Notes under the pieces: generated by a model
The model's database searches: none
Seen by the model: the letters and a program-made list of their open reading frames with translations, nothing else
Told to the model about the DNA's origin: nothing
Program-made: the position numbers and the translations under genes
Source of the DNA: an uncultured Gaiellales bacterium
GTDB lineage: Bacteria; Actinomycetota; Thermoleophilia; Gaiellales; Gaiellaceae
NCBI GenBank assembly: GCA_964595575.1
Contig: CAZQRA010000005.1
Span: forward strand, 542 to 64,541
Direction: 5' to 3'
Length of the DNA: 64,000 nucleotides
Shown: positions 33,600 through 42,009 of the stretch, piece after piece
Layout of the letters: every line of letters begins with the position of its first letter
Numbering within the stretch: position 1 is the first letter of the stretch

Positions 33600-34961
33600 G
33601 TGCTCGATCCCAAGGCGTTCAAGGCCTACGACGTGCGGGGCATCTACCCCACCGAGCTCGACGAGGAGGGCGCCTACGCGGTGGCGCGCGCCTACGTCGA
33701 GCACTTCGAGCCGCGGCGGATCGCCATCGGCAGGGACATGCGGCTCTCCTCGCCCACCATGGCCCAGGCAGCGGCGCGGGGGGCGACGGAGGCGGGGGCA
33801 GACGTCGTCGACGTGGGCATGGTCGGTACCGAGATGATCTACTTCGCGGTGGGGGCCCTCGGCCTGGACGGCGGGATCGCCGTCACCGCCTCCCACAACC
33901 CCAAGGAGTACACGGGCATGAAGATCGTCCGGCGCGGCGCGCTCCCCGTCGGCGGCGACTCCGGCCTGCGGGAGGTGCGCGACCGGGCCCTGGCCATCGC
34001 GGCCACGTCCGAGGGACTGTCCCTGGGACAAGGCCGCGAGGGAGAGGTGGTCGAATACGACATCTGGCCGGCCTACGTCGAGCGCGTCCTCTCCTTCGTG
34101 GACGTGGCCGCGATCCGGCCGCTCAAGGTCGTGATCGACGCCGCCAACGGCATGGCTGGGCGGATCTTGCCCCCTGTGCTCGAGCGCCTACCGGTCGAGA
34201 CGGTCAGGTGCTTCTTCGAGCCGGACGGCTCGTTCCCCAACCACGAGCCGAACCCGCTTCTGCCCCAAAACCGTGAGTTCATCGTGTCAAAGACACTCCA
34301 GGAGCGGGCCGACTTCGGGGTCGCCTTCGACGGGGACGCCGACCGCTGCTTCTTCGTGGACGACGCGGGCGAGTTCGTGCCCGGGGACTTCGCCACCGCC
34401 CTCTTCGCCCAGCTCATCCTGGAGCGGGAGCCGGGGGCGAAGATCATCTACGACGTGCGGGCGAGCTGGGCCGTCCCCGAGACGATCGAGCGGGCAGGGG
34501 GCATCCCCCTCGTCTCCCGCGTCGGCCACGCCTTCATCAAGCACCGGATGCGGGCAGAGGGGGCAGCGTTCGCGGGCGAGGTCTCCGGCCACTACTACTT
34601 CCGCGACTTCTTCCAGGCCGACTCCGGCATCATCCCCTTCCTCCTCATGCTCGAGCTCCTCTCCCGGCGGGGAGAGAGGCTGTCGGCCGTGCTCCGCCCC
34701 TTCCGGGAGCGCTACTTCATCACCGGCGAGATCAACGTCCAGGTCGCCGACCAGGCCTTGAAGATCCAGGAGCTCAAGGAGCGCTTCGGGAGAGAGGGAC
34801 GCGTGTCCCACCTGGACGGGATCTCCGTGGAGACGAGGGACTGGAAACTCAACGTACGGCCCTCCAACACCGAGCCCTTGCTGCGCCTCAACCTCGAGGC
34901 CCGCTCGCGGGAGCTGATGGAGCGAAAGCGGGACGAGGTCCTGGCCGTGCTTCGCTCGTAG
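33600..34961 (+). CDS. phosphomannomutase/phosphoglucomutase
   Basis: Active-site serine loop VTASHNPKEYTGMK, metal loop FDGDADRCFFVD, sugar-binding GEVSGHYYF, and a C-terminal RPSNTEPLLRLNLE. Confidence 0.92.
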   Translation: MLDPKAFKAYDVRGIYPTELDEEGAYAVARAYVEHFEPRRIAIGRDMRLSSPTMAQAAARGATEAGADVVDVGMVGTEMIYFAVGALGLDGGIAVTASHNPKEYTGMKIVRRGALPVGGDSGLREVRDRALAIAATSEGLSLGQGREGEVVEYDIWPAYVERVLSFVDVAAIRPLKVVIDAANGMAGRILPPVLERLPVETVRCFFEPDGSFPNHEPNPLLPQNREFIVSKTLQERADFGVAFDGDADRCFFVDDAGEFVPGDFATALFAQLILEREPGAKIIYDVRASWAVPETIERAGGIPLVSRVGHAFIKHRMRAEGAAFAGEVSGHYYFRDFFQADSGIIPFLLMLELLSRRGERLSAVLRPFRERYFITGEINVQVADQALKIQELKERFGREGRVSHLDGISVETRDWKLNVRPSNTEPLLRLNLEARSRELMERKRDEVLAVLRS

Positions 34962-34982
34962 GCGCTCCTTGCCTCGCTCCCG

Positions 34983-35008
34983 GGGGCGAGGGGCTCCGGC
35001 CTCGCCCC
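34983..35008. terminator. bidirectional GC-rich hairpin between convergent genes
   Basis: GGGGCGAGG (34983-34991) - 8 nt loop - CCTCGCCCC (35000-35008): a perfect 9-bp stem between stops at 34961 (+) and 35014 (-). No T-tract, which is common in high-GC genomes. Confidence 0.5.
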
Positions 35009-35013
35009 GCCGG

Positions 35014-35724
35014 CTACAGCTCGCCCAGGCCCACCGCCTCCAGAGCCCGGTTCACGAGCACGCGCAGCCACCAGTCGCGGTGGAAGAAGAGGAGAAGGCC
35101 GAGGGCGACGAGGGTCGCTCCGCTCGCCCCCCGGATCCAGGCGTAGTGGTCGCGCAGCCAGCGGAGGGCCCCCATAGCCCGGGCGAAGGCTACTCCGGCG
35201 ACGAGGAAGGCGGAAGCGATGCCGGCCGAGTAGGCGACAAGGAGGATAGAGCCCCGGACGACGGTGCTCGTGTCCGAGGCGAGCACGAGCACCGAGGCGA
35301 GCACGGTACCGATGCAGGGAGCGGCGCACACGGCGAAGGCTGCTCCCAGGAGGGCAGCCGAGCCGCTCCGTCGAGCGCCCTCCAAGAGTCCCGGCGCCAC
35401 CACCCGCTCCGGCCAAGGAAGAAGGCCCAGGAAGACGAGGCCCAAGACGACGAGCACGAACCCGGCTAGCTCGGCCCGCCGATTGGCATCGATGGTGCCG
35501 CCGATGGCCGCCGCCCCGGCCCCCAAGGCGACGAAGACGGCCGTGAAGCCGAGCACGAAGGGGATGCTGGCGAGGACGACGCGTCTCGCCACCCCGCGCT
35601 CCCCCAGCCTTCCTGCCTCCACCGCCGATACCGTCGACAGGTAGCCGGGAAGGAGGGGAAGGACGCAAGGCGTGGCCACGGACACGAGGCCGGCCAGGAA
35701 GGCGATGGGGATCCTCTCGGCCAT
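35014..35724 (-). CDS. ccdA: cytochrome c biogenesis thiol-disulfide transporter CcdA (DsbD TM domain family)
   Basis: ATG 35724 (MAERIPIAFLAGLVSVATPCVLPLLPGYL) with a second conserved Cys in AVCAAPCIG. Six TM segments. TGATG overlap with ccmH. Confidence 0.88.
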   Translation of the reverse strand: MAERIPIAFLAGLVSVATPCVLPLLPGYLSTVSAVEAGRLGERGVARRVVLASIPFVLGFTAVFVALGAGAAAIGGTIDANRRAELAGFVLVVLGLVFLGLLPWPERVVAPGLLEGARRSGSAALLGAAFAVCAAPCIGTVLASVLVLASDTSTVVRGSILLVAYSAGIASAFLVAGVAFARAMGALRWLRDHYAWIRGASGATLVALGLLLFFHRDWWLRVLVNRALEAVGLGEL

Positions 35725-36209
35725 CAGGCCTCGAGCCGCTCCAGGGCCTCCTCGACGCGGCGCTCGAGCTCGGCATCGATCGGCTCCCCCTCCGGCCCCG
35801 GGCTCTCCCCGCGACCCCGGCTCCAGCGTCGGGCGAGGACGGCCAGGGTAAGGCCTGCGACCACCGCCCCGGCCGGGGGAAGCACCCAGACGAGCAGGTT
35901 GAAGCCCGAGGCGGGAGGCGAGGCGAGCACCTGGTCTCCGAACTGGGCCACGAGCTTGCGCTTGATCTCGCTCTTCGTGTCCCCGGCGGCGATCCGGGCC
36001 CGAATGAACTGGCGCATCCGCTCGGCGATGGGGGCGGAGGACTGGTCGAGCGTGGTGCGACAGGTAGGACACATGACCTCGCTCTCCAGCTCGGCCAGGG
36101 TCGGCCGCTCCTCGCCGGCCGCGGCTGGGCCGGCGGCGAGGAGGAGGGCGGCGAGCCCGCCGGCGACCACGGCCGCCACCTTCCGCCCTGGGAGCGGGCG
36201 CCCGGCCAT
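35724..36209 (-). CDS. ccmH: cytochrome c-type biogenesis protein CcmH/NrfF family
   Basis: Signal/TM segment, then the VMCPTCRTTLDQSSAPIAERMRQFIRARIAAGDTKSEIKRKLVAQFGDQVL signature (CxxC) and a C-terminal TM. ATG 36209 (or GTG 36212) overlaps the upstream stop. Confidence 0.85.
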   Translation of the reverse strand: MAGRPLPGRKVAAVVAGGLAALLLAAGPAAAGEERPTLAELESEVMCPTCRTTLDQSSAPIAERMRQFIRARIAAGDTKSEIKRKLVAQFGDQVLASPPASGFNLLVWVLPPAGAVVAGLTLAVLARRWSRGRGESPGPEGEPIDAELERRVEEALERLEA

Positions 36210-37219
36210 CACCGGGGAACGATGAAGACGGGCGTCCCCACCTCGACCCGCTCGAACAGCCACTCGGCCGAGGGGATGGCCATGCGGATGCACCCGTGCG
36301 AGGCCGAGTAGCCGAGGGAGGCGGCGTCGGGCGTGCCGTGGATGCCGACGGCAGGCACGCTCAACCCCATCCAACGGGTACCCAGGGGATTCCCCGGACC
36401 CGGCGGGATCGGCTTCAGGCCCCGCGCCCAGGGGGAGGGAGGGGGATACCACCAGGGATCCCGCCACTTGACCACGATCCGGAACCTGCCGAGCGGCGTG
36501 GGATACTGGGGCTGGCCGGTGGCGACCCGGAACACGCGGGCCAGTCGCTCTCCCTCGTAGTAGTAGAGGCGCTTCGACTCCCTCCGGATGACGATCACAG
36601 GGCCGATCTCGTCCCGGGTTACCTGGGGCAGGACGGCGCGCACGGGTAGCTCGACAGGGCCGCGCCTGTCCTGGCGCAGCGCCCGCACGATGGCGGCCGC
36701 CGCGGCCTCCCGGTCGAGACGCGCCCCTTCCCGCCCGCCCACCACCCGCGGCTCTAGACCGCGAAGGACGACCCGGGCCTCGACGGGCGGCCGGTCGACC
36801 CGGCGGGCGAGCTTGGCGACGAGAGCCCGCACGGGCCTGCCTCGAACCGCCACGGTCAGCGACACCCGCGATCCCGGGGCGGCCCAGAGGGCCCGGGCCA
36901 CGGCTCCTCGCACGTACGCCGTCGCCCCCAGCCGGCGGGGAGAGACCTCGACCAGGCGGCCTTGGACGTCGAGGACGAGCGGCGCCGAGAAGGCCAGGCG
37001 CACGTAGCGGACGGCCTCCCCCGGCGTCATCCCGCCTACGTCGACGCTGCCGATCCGCACCCGGTCGGGCACCAGCGACCCTCCTCGGCCCTCGACCGGC
37101 CTGGGGACAGGCAGGAGCTCCGGGCTCGCTCCCGACGCGGGTACAGCCGGGGCCGAGGCCGTCGCAAGGCCTGCCAGGCCGGCGATCGCCACGAGACCTG
37201 CCCCAGCGAGCCGCCTCAC
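36209..37219 (-). CDS. L,D-transpeptidase (YkuD domain)
   Basis: Signal peptide and a C-terminal catalytic domain ...FRVATGQPQYPTPLGRFRIV...GIHGTPDAASLGYSASHGCIRM (HG...SHGC). Confidence 0.88.
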   Translation of the reverse strand: MRRLAGAGLVAIAGLAGLATASAPAVPASGASPELLPVPRPVEGRGGSLVPDRVRIGSVDVGGMTPGEAVRYVRLAFSAPLVLDVQGRLVEVSPRRLGATAYVRGAVARALWAAPGSRVSLTVAVRGRPVRALVAKLARRVDRPPVEARVVLRGLEPRVVGGREGARLDREAAAAAIVRALRQDRRGPVELPVRAVLPQVTRDEIGPVIVIRRESKRLYYYEGERLARVFRVATGQPQYPTPLGRFRIVVKWRDPWWYPPPSPWARGLKPIPPGPGNPLGTRWMGLSVPAVGIHGTPDAASLGYSASHGCIRMAIPSAEWLFERVEVGTPVFIVPR

Positions 37220-37998
37220 GGGCCCAGTGTAGCCGTGAGCAGGCGAGGATCGTCCATCACCACCCCGTCCACGCCGGCCGCGAGCACCCGCCTCAAGGTC
37301 TTCTCGTCGTTGACCGTCCAGGCGAGGACAGCCGCCCCCTCGGCGTGGCAGCGGCCGACGACAGCCGGCGAGACCACGCTGTGGTGGAGGCAGGCCACCT
37401 TCGCCCCGGCCCTCCGTAGGAGGGATCCCACGCGGAGGGGAAGGATGCGGCGGGCGAGCGTGGCCCCCGCCGCCGCCGCCGGCCGCAGCGGGGAGCGGCC
37501 GACGAGGCCCAGCCGGTCGCAGGGGTAGGTCCGGGCCAGCGTCAGACGCGGCTCCAGCCGGGCTAGACGACGGAGGATGGCCGTCGAGCAGGAGGAGGCG
37601 ATGACGCCGGCGGAGGGCCGGTGACGGCGGAGGACCTGGGCGAGCTCGCTCTCGTAGCCCGGCCTCTTGATGTCGAGGTGGATCCCCGTCTCCGGCGAGC
37701 GCTCGTGGAGGAAGGCCAGGGCCTCGTCCAAGGTGGTAAGCTCGGGCACGAGGCGGCGGAGCTCGGGCAGCCGCAGCCGCTCCAGGCTGGACGACCCCCG
37801 GCCGTCGTCCCTAGGCAGACGCTGGGTGCCGTGGTGGAGGACGATGGTGCCATCGGCGAGGGCGACGACGTCCACCTCCACCAGGTCGGCGCCGGCGGCG
37901 ACCCCGGCGGCGATGGCCTCGAGGGTGTTCTCAGGGGCGAGGGCCGCCGCGCCCCGATGGCCGATGGCAAGGGGACGGCGGGCGAGGAGACGGTGCAC
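37216..37998 (-). CDS. glycerophosphodiester phosphodiesterase family protein
   Basis: GTG 37998. IGHRGAAALAPENTLEAI...GADLVEVDV and a C-terminal VLAWTVNDEKTLRRVLAAGVDGVVMDDP. GTGA overlap with the downstream gene. Confidence 0.85.
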   Translation of the reverse strand: MHRLLARRPLAIGHRGAAALAPENTLEAIAAGVAAGADLVEVDVVALADGTIVLHHGTQRLPRDDGRGSSSLERLRLPELRRLVPELTTLDEALAFLHERSPETGIHLDIKRPGYESELAQVLRRHRPSAGVIASSCSTAILRRLARLEPRLTLARTYPCDRLGLVGRSPLRPAAAAGATLARRILPLRVGSLLRRAGAKVACLHHSVVSPAVVGRCHAEGAAVLAWTVNDEKTLRRVLAAGVDGVVMDDPRLLTATLGP

Positions 37999-38089
37999 GC
38001 CTCCCAGTATCGCTGCCCCGTCAAGGGATCGCCCAGGAGAGCGAACGACGACCTTCCCGGGCGAGAGGCGCTCTACACTGAGACAGCCC

Positions 38090-38608
38090 GTGGAGCCGTC
38101 CGACCCCTCCTCCCCGACCGCAGGCCGGACTCGCGCCTCTCCCCCCGTCCCCCCGCCGCGGCCGAGCTCTCCCTTCCCAGGCGACCTGGGAGCGAGCAGG
38201 CCGAGCGCCTGGACCGTGGCCGGTCGGCTCCACTGGGTGGCGGGCCTCGTTCTCTGCCTCTCCCCGTTCATGGGCTGGTACTCGGGGCGCGCAGAGCAAG
38301 GTCCCAGCATCGCCGTGCTGGGCTGGAACACAGGCGCCCTGGGCAAGCTCGTCTTCCTGGCCGGCCTGGCGGTGGTCGTCCTCGCCGCCGTGCGATCCCT
38401 GGGGATCGAGCTTCCCCGCAGCCTGCCCGAGGGCGTGCTCGTGGTCGCCCTGGGGACGCTTGCCACCACCCTCGTCCTCATCCGCGTGGTCTCCGTCCCC
38501 GACGTCCTGGTCGGCACCGGAGAGCGGGCTGCGGGCCTGTGGGTAGCCCTCGTCGCCGGCTTGGCCGTGATCGTCTGCGGGCTTCTGCGAGCAGGAGAGG
38601 AGCTGTAG
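38090..38608 (+). CDS. hypothetical polytopic membrane protein
   Basis: C-terminal part of track ORF 37667..38608, with four hydrophobic helices (WVAGLVLCLSPFMGWY, LGKLVFLAGLAVVVLAAV, GVLVVALGTLATTLVLI, LWVALVAGLAVIVCGLL). Start is either GTG 38090 (TACACT 10 nt upstream) or GTG 38216. Confidence 0.5.
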   Translation: MEPSDPSSPTAGRTRASPPVPPPRPSSPFPGDLGASRPSAWTVAGRLHWVAGLVLCLSPFMGWYSGRAEQGPSIAVLGWNTGALGKLVFLAGLAVVVLAAVRSLGIELPRSLPEGVLVVALGTLATTLVLIRVVSVPDVLVGTGERAAGLWVALVAGLAVIVCGLLRAGEEL

Positions 38609-39080
38609 CGCCGAGGAGGCCGAAGGCGGCCCCGCCCACGGCGTCCAGCGGGTAGTGGACGCCCACGTACACGCGCGAGAAGGCGACGGCGGCGGCAAGG
38701 AGGAAGAGGGGGAGAGCGGCCCAGGGGAAGAAGCGAGCGAGGACGAGGGCGGCGGCGAAGCTGGAGGCCGCATGCCCGGAGGGAAAGGAGGAGCTCCCGG
38801 GGACGGCGACCAGGGGGTCGATGCCCGGCAGGTCGCGGGGCGGCCGGGGCCGGCCCACCGCCGCCTTGACCGTCTGCTCGAGCAGCGCGGCGACGAGGAG
38901 CGAGGCGGCCACGGTGGCGAAGACGGACGGTCGGCGCGAGAGAGCGGAGGCGACCAGGGCGAGAGCGAGCCAGAGGGCGCCGTACCCTCCGGCGTGGGAG
39001 AGCACGATGAACACGGGGTCGAGCCAAGGCGTCCGCTGGTCGACCACCCACTGGAGAGCCTGCCGATCGAGCTCGCTCAG
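38478..39080 (-). CDS. PAP2-family phosphatase (undecaprenyl-diphosphatase/lipid phosphatase-like); start unresolved
   Basis: PAP2 motifs KAAVGRPRP, FPSGHA, SRVYVGVHYPLD. Conserved N-terminal LDRQALQWVV precedes the first canonical start (GTG 39048). An in-frame CTG at 39080 overlaps the upstream TGA. The Arg/Pro-rich tail overlaps the convergent gene. Confidence 0.75.
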   Translation of the reverse strand: MSELDRQALQWVVDQRTPWLDPVFIVLSHAGGYGALWLALALVASALSRRPSVFATVAASLLVAALLEQTVKAAVGRPRPPRDLPGIDPLVAVPGSSSFPSGHAASSFAAALVLARFFPWAALPLFLLAAAVAFSRVYVGVHYPLDAVGGAAFGLLGATAPLLLAEARRRSRPSRRRGLPTGPQPALRCRPGRRGRRPRG

Positions 39081-39310
39081 GGCCGGGGGGCGGTGACGGT
39101 GACGGTCACGGTACGGGTGGCGGGGAGCGGAAGGAGCGTGCGCACCTCTTCCTGGCGAGGGCCGGGGACGGGGTTGTCCTCGAGAGCCTGGCCCAGGGCC
39201 ACCCCCAGCGCGAACACCGCCGCCACCACCAGGAAGCGGACGAGGGCGAGGTAGAGCCGCCGGCGGCGAGCCCGGCGTCGACGCCGCCTCGACTCGGGCA
39301 CGACGATCAC
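39077..39310 (-). CDS. hypothetical small membrane protein
   Basis: GTG 39310 overlaps the upstream TGA (GTGA): Arg-rich N-terminus, TM LYLALVRFLVVAAVFALGVALG, then a TVTVTVT tail. Confidence 0.45.
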   Translation of the reverse strand: MIVVPESRRRRRRARRRRLYLALVRFLVVAAVFALGVALGQALEDNPVPGPRQEEVRTLLPLPATRTVTVTVTAPRP

Positions 39311-39621
39311 GGGCGGTAGTCGCGAGCCGCCCGGGAGTAGAGGTAGAAGGCGGCATCGGCGGCGCTGGCTGCCCAGGGGACCCACGCGGACCCGGGGCAG
39401 CGCTCGGCGATCGCCTGCCTCGTCCAGCGCTCGCTTCCCTCGTACAGGCGGGCGAGCTCGGCCAACGTGAAGGGCCCCCCCAGGCGGCGGCGAAGCTCCT
39501 CGGTCACTGCCTCTACCGGCTCGCGCAGGGTCTCCTCGGCGCCCTCTGCCCGTGCCTCCTCCTGGAGGCGCCGGTAGCCTTCCTGCCACTGCTGGCGCGC
39601 GAGCTCGACTGGCGTCTGCAC
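39307..39621 (-). CDS. hypothetical protein
   Basis: GTG 39621, 11 nt after the DUF501 stop: VQTPVELARQQWQEGYRRLQEE...GPFTLAELARLYEGSERW.... Good GC3 bias; no family recognised. Confidence 0.5.
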   Translation of the reverse strand: MQTPVELARQQWQEGYRRLQEEARAEGAEETLREPVEAVTEELRRRLGGPFTLAELARLYEGSERWTRQAIAERCPGSAWVPWAASAADAAFYLYSRAARDYRP

Positions 39622-39632
39622 CCGGGCCGATG

Positions 39633-40133
39633 CTACTCGGTGCAGCAGCCCTCCTCGGGCCACAGGGGAGCGACCTGGGAGAGGATGCGCTCGCCCAGCA
39701 GGTAGCCGGGGCGAGCCAAGGCGTAGGCCACGTGGGCGTGGAGGCACTTGAGGCGACTGGGCGCCCGGGCCCCTCCGATGCCGAGGTCGAGGGAGACCCC
39801 CCCGTCGACCCCCAACCGGCCTTGGGCCAACGCCCGGCGGAGGGCCCGCTGCTCGGCCGTGGCCCGGGCCAGGCTTGCTGCCAGCTCGGCGTCCTCGGCC
39901 ACGAGGGCGCTCCAGCGCTCCACCCCGCCTTCTGCCTCCAGCCGAGCCACCGCCGCCACCAGGCGAGGGCAGGTGAGGTAGTAGGTGGTGGGAAACGGCT
40001 CCCCGACCTGGTCGTAGGGGTCCTGCTCGGTGACCGCCGGCCGGCCGAACGGGCAGCGTACCGCCACCCGCCGAAGGGCACGGGGAGGTCGGCCGATCTG
40101 TCGCTCCACGAGGGCGCGGTCGCGGGCGTCCAC
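39633..40133 (-). CDS. DUF501 domain protein
   Basis: CPFGRPAV...PFPTTYYLTCP...LKCLHAHVA pattern, plus the usual actinobacterial position directly after ftsB/divIC. Confidence 0.75.
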   Translation of the reverse strand: MDARDRALVERQIGRPPRALRRVAVRCPFGRPAVTEQDPYDQVGEPFPTTYYLTCPRLVAAVARLEAEGGVERWSALVAEDAELAASLARATAEQRALRRALAQGRLGVDGGVSLDLGIGGARAPSRLKCLHAHVAYALARPGYLLGERILSQVAPLWPEEGCCTE

Positions 40134-40168
40134 CCGCCTAGAGTAGCCCCGTCCAGGAGCAGCCCCGC

Positions 40169-40498
40169 CTAGCGGTCGCCGAGGGCTGCGCGAGTCTTCC
40201 TCCAGGCCTCCACGCCCTTGACGATGAAGAGCCTCTCCCCTGGGCGGACGAGCCCCAGCCGCCTGGCCGCCCGCAGGAGTGTGGCTCCGCTCTCGTCCAG
40301 GGCGAGGCGCTCCTCCAGCCGCCTCTTCTCCCGCTCGAGCGCCCGGACCTCCGCTCGGCGCTGGTCGAGCGCCCGGCCGGCCTCGAGGTAGGCCCGCACC
40401 GGTCGGTAGTAGAGGAGGCCGACGAGGGCGAGGCCGACGACCGCCGCCACGAGGACGCGGCGGCGGAGGCGGGGTCGGCGCGATCGCGGGCGGGCCAT
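40169..40498 (-). CDS. ftsB: septum formation initiator family protein (FtsB/DivIC)
   Basis: Arg-rich N-terminus, single TM VLVAAVVGLALVGLLYY, coiled coil (AEVRALEREKRRLEERL), and C-terminal ARRLGLVRPGERLF. GGAGG RBS. Confidence 0.85.
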   Translation of the reverse strand: MARPRSRRPRLRRRVLVAAVVGLALVGLLYYRPVRAYLEAGRALDQRRAEVRALEREKRRLEERLALDESGATLLRAARRLGLVRPGERLFIVKGVEAWRKTRAALGDR

Positions 40499-40535
40499 CG
40501 GCCTCCGCTTCGCCCCCGGCCGCCCCCCTCCTTCC

Positions 40536-41929
40536 CTAGAGGGCTTCCACCTTGATGACGTTGGTGGAGCCGGGGACGTTGACGTGGGTGCCCGCGGTGA
40601 TGACCACTCGCTCCCCGGGCTCGGCCAGGCCGGCGGAGCGCACCGCCTCCAGGGAGAGCGCCCACAGGTCCTCCACGTCCCGCCCCTCCCGGACGACCAG
40701 GGGGACGACCCCCCATTCCAAGGCCAGGCGACAGGCCACCCGCTCCTGGTGGGTGATGGCGGCGATGGCTCGGCGGGGTCGGAGACGGGCGACGATGTTG
40801 GCCATGCGCCCGGTGTAGGTGGTGACCACGAGGAGGGCGGCGCCCAGGATCTCGGCCAGGTCGCAGGCGGCGTGGGAAATGGCCTCGCTCACGCTCGCAG
40901 CCTGTCCCCGCTCCAGGCCGTGGCGGTGGCCGAGACTGGGCTCGACGGCGCGGGCGATGACGTCCATGTAGCGCACCGCCTCCACCGGGTACTCGCCCAC
41001 CGCCGTCTCCTCGGACAGCATGAGCGCCGAGGTGCCGTCGAGGACGGCATTGGCTACGTCGCTCGCCTCCGCCCGGGTCGGCTCGGGGGCGTGGAGCATG
41101 GACTCGAGCATCTGGGTAGCGGTGATCACCGGTCGAGCCCGCTCGAGGGCCGTCTGGATGATCCGCTTCTGGAGCAGCGGCACGTCGGCGGGCCCGATCT
41201 CGACGCCCAGGTCGCCGCGGGCCACCATGACCGCGTCGGCCGCCTCCACGATCGCCGCCAAGCGCTGCACGGCCTCCCTCTTCTCGATCTTGGCGATGAC
41301 CTGGGCCGAGGAGCCGGCCTCCTCCAGCCGGCGGCGCAGGTCGAGCACGTCCCCGGGCGAGCGGACGAGGGAGAGGGCCACGTAGTCGACGCCCAGATCG
41401 AGCGAGAAGCCGAGATCGGCCACGTCCTTGTCGGTCAACGAGGGGATGGGGAGGGATACCCCGGGCAGGTTCACGCCCTTGTGGCTCTCGACTAGCCCCC
41501 CGCCGACACGGTGCAGGTCGCCCGCCCCCGCTCCACCCGTTCCACCCGCAGCCGCACGTGACCGTCGTCGATGAGGACGTCGTGGCCGGGAGCGAGCACC
41601 GATCCCACCGCCTCGGGGACGATGGGGACGTCCACCGTGCCCTCGACGCCCACCACCACCTCGTCGCCCCGCTGCAGCCGGAGCGGAGACGGCAGGTCGC
41701 CGACCCGAAGCTTCGGCCCCTGGAGGTCGGCGACGAGGGCGAGGGGGCGCCCGCAGGCCCGTCCCACCTCGCGCACCCGCGCTGCCCAGCGAGCGTGCTC
41801 CTCCCAGCTTCCGTGCGAGAGGTTGAGGCGGGCGGCGTCCATGCCTGCCTCTGCCAGCTCCCCGACGAGGTCGGCGGAGGCAGGCCCCAGGGTAGCGACG
41901 ATCTTGGTGCGGCGCACGCGGGCGGCCAC
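40536..41929 (-). pseudogene. pyk: pyruvate kinase, reading frame broken at a C6/G6 homopolymer (41496-41501)
   Basis: N-terminal ORF 41492..41929 (RRTKIVATLGPAS...LNLSHG...DLQGPKLR...) ends ...CTVSAGG*. The conserved continuation LVESHKGVNLPG...MVARGDLGVE...ATQMLESM... is in a different frame (C-terminal part of track ORF 40536..42077). Adding one G restores ...SAGGLVESHKGVNLPG. Confidence 0.85.
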
Positions 41930-41935
41930 TGAGCC

Positions 41936-41941
41936 AGGGTA
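41936..41941 (-). promoter_or_regulatory. -10 box TACCCT, 6 nt before the pyk GTG (leaderless-type promoter)
   Basis: Minus strand reads TACCCT-ggctca-GTG(41929), with no Shine-Dalgarno sequence. Confidence 0.35.
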
Positions 41942-42009
41942 GCGAGAAGGATGAAGGTGCGACCTGCCGCGGCCCGGAGAGCGCCGTCGGCCGCCTCGGA
42001 GGACGCACG

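Noticed and set aside
39088-39120. Tandem GTGACGGT/GTCACGGT repeats
   Set aside because: This short run encodes a TVTVTVT peptide tail inside a small ORF. It is too short and irregular to be a CRISPR or VNTR-type array.
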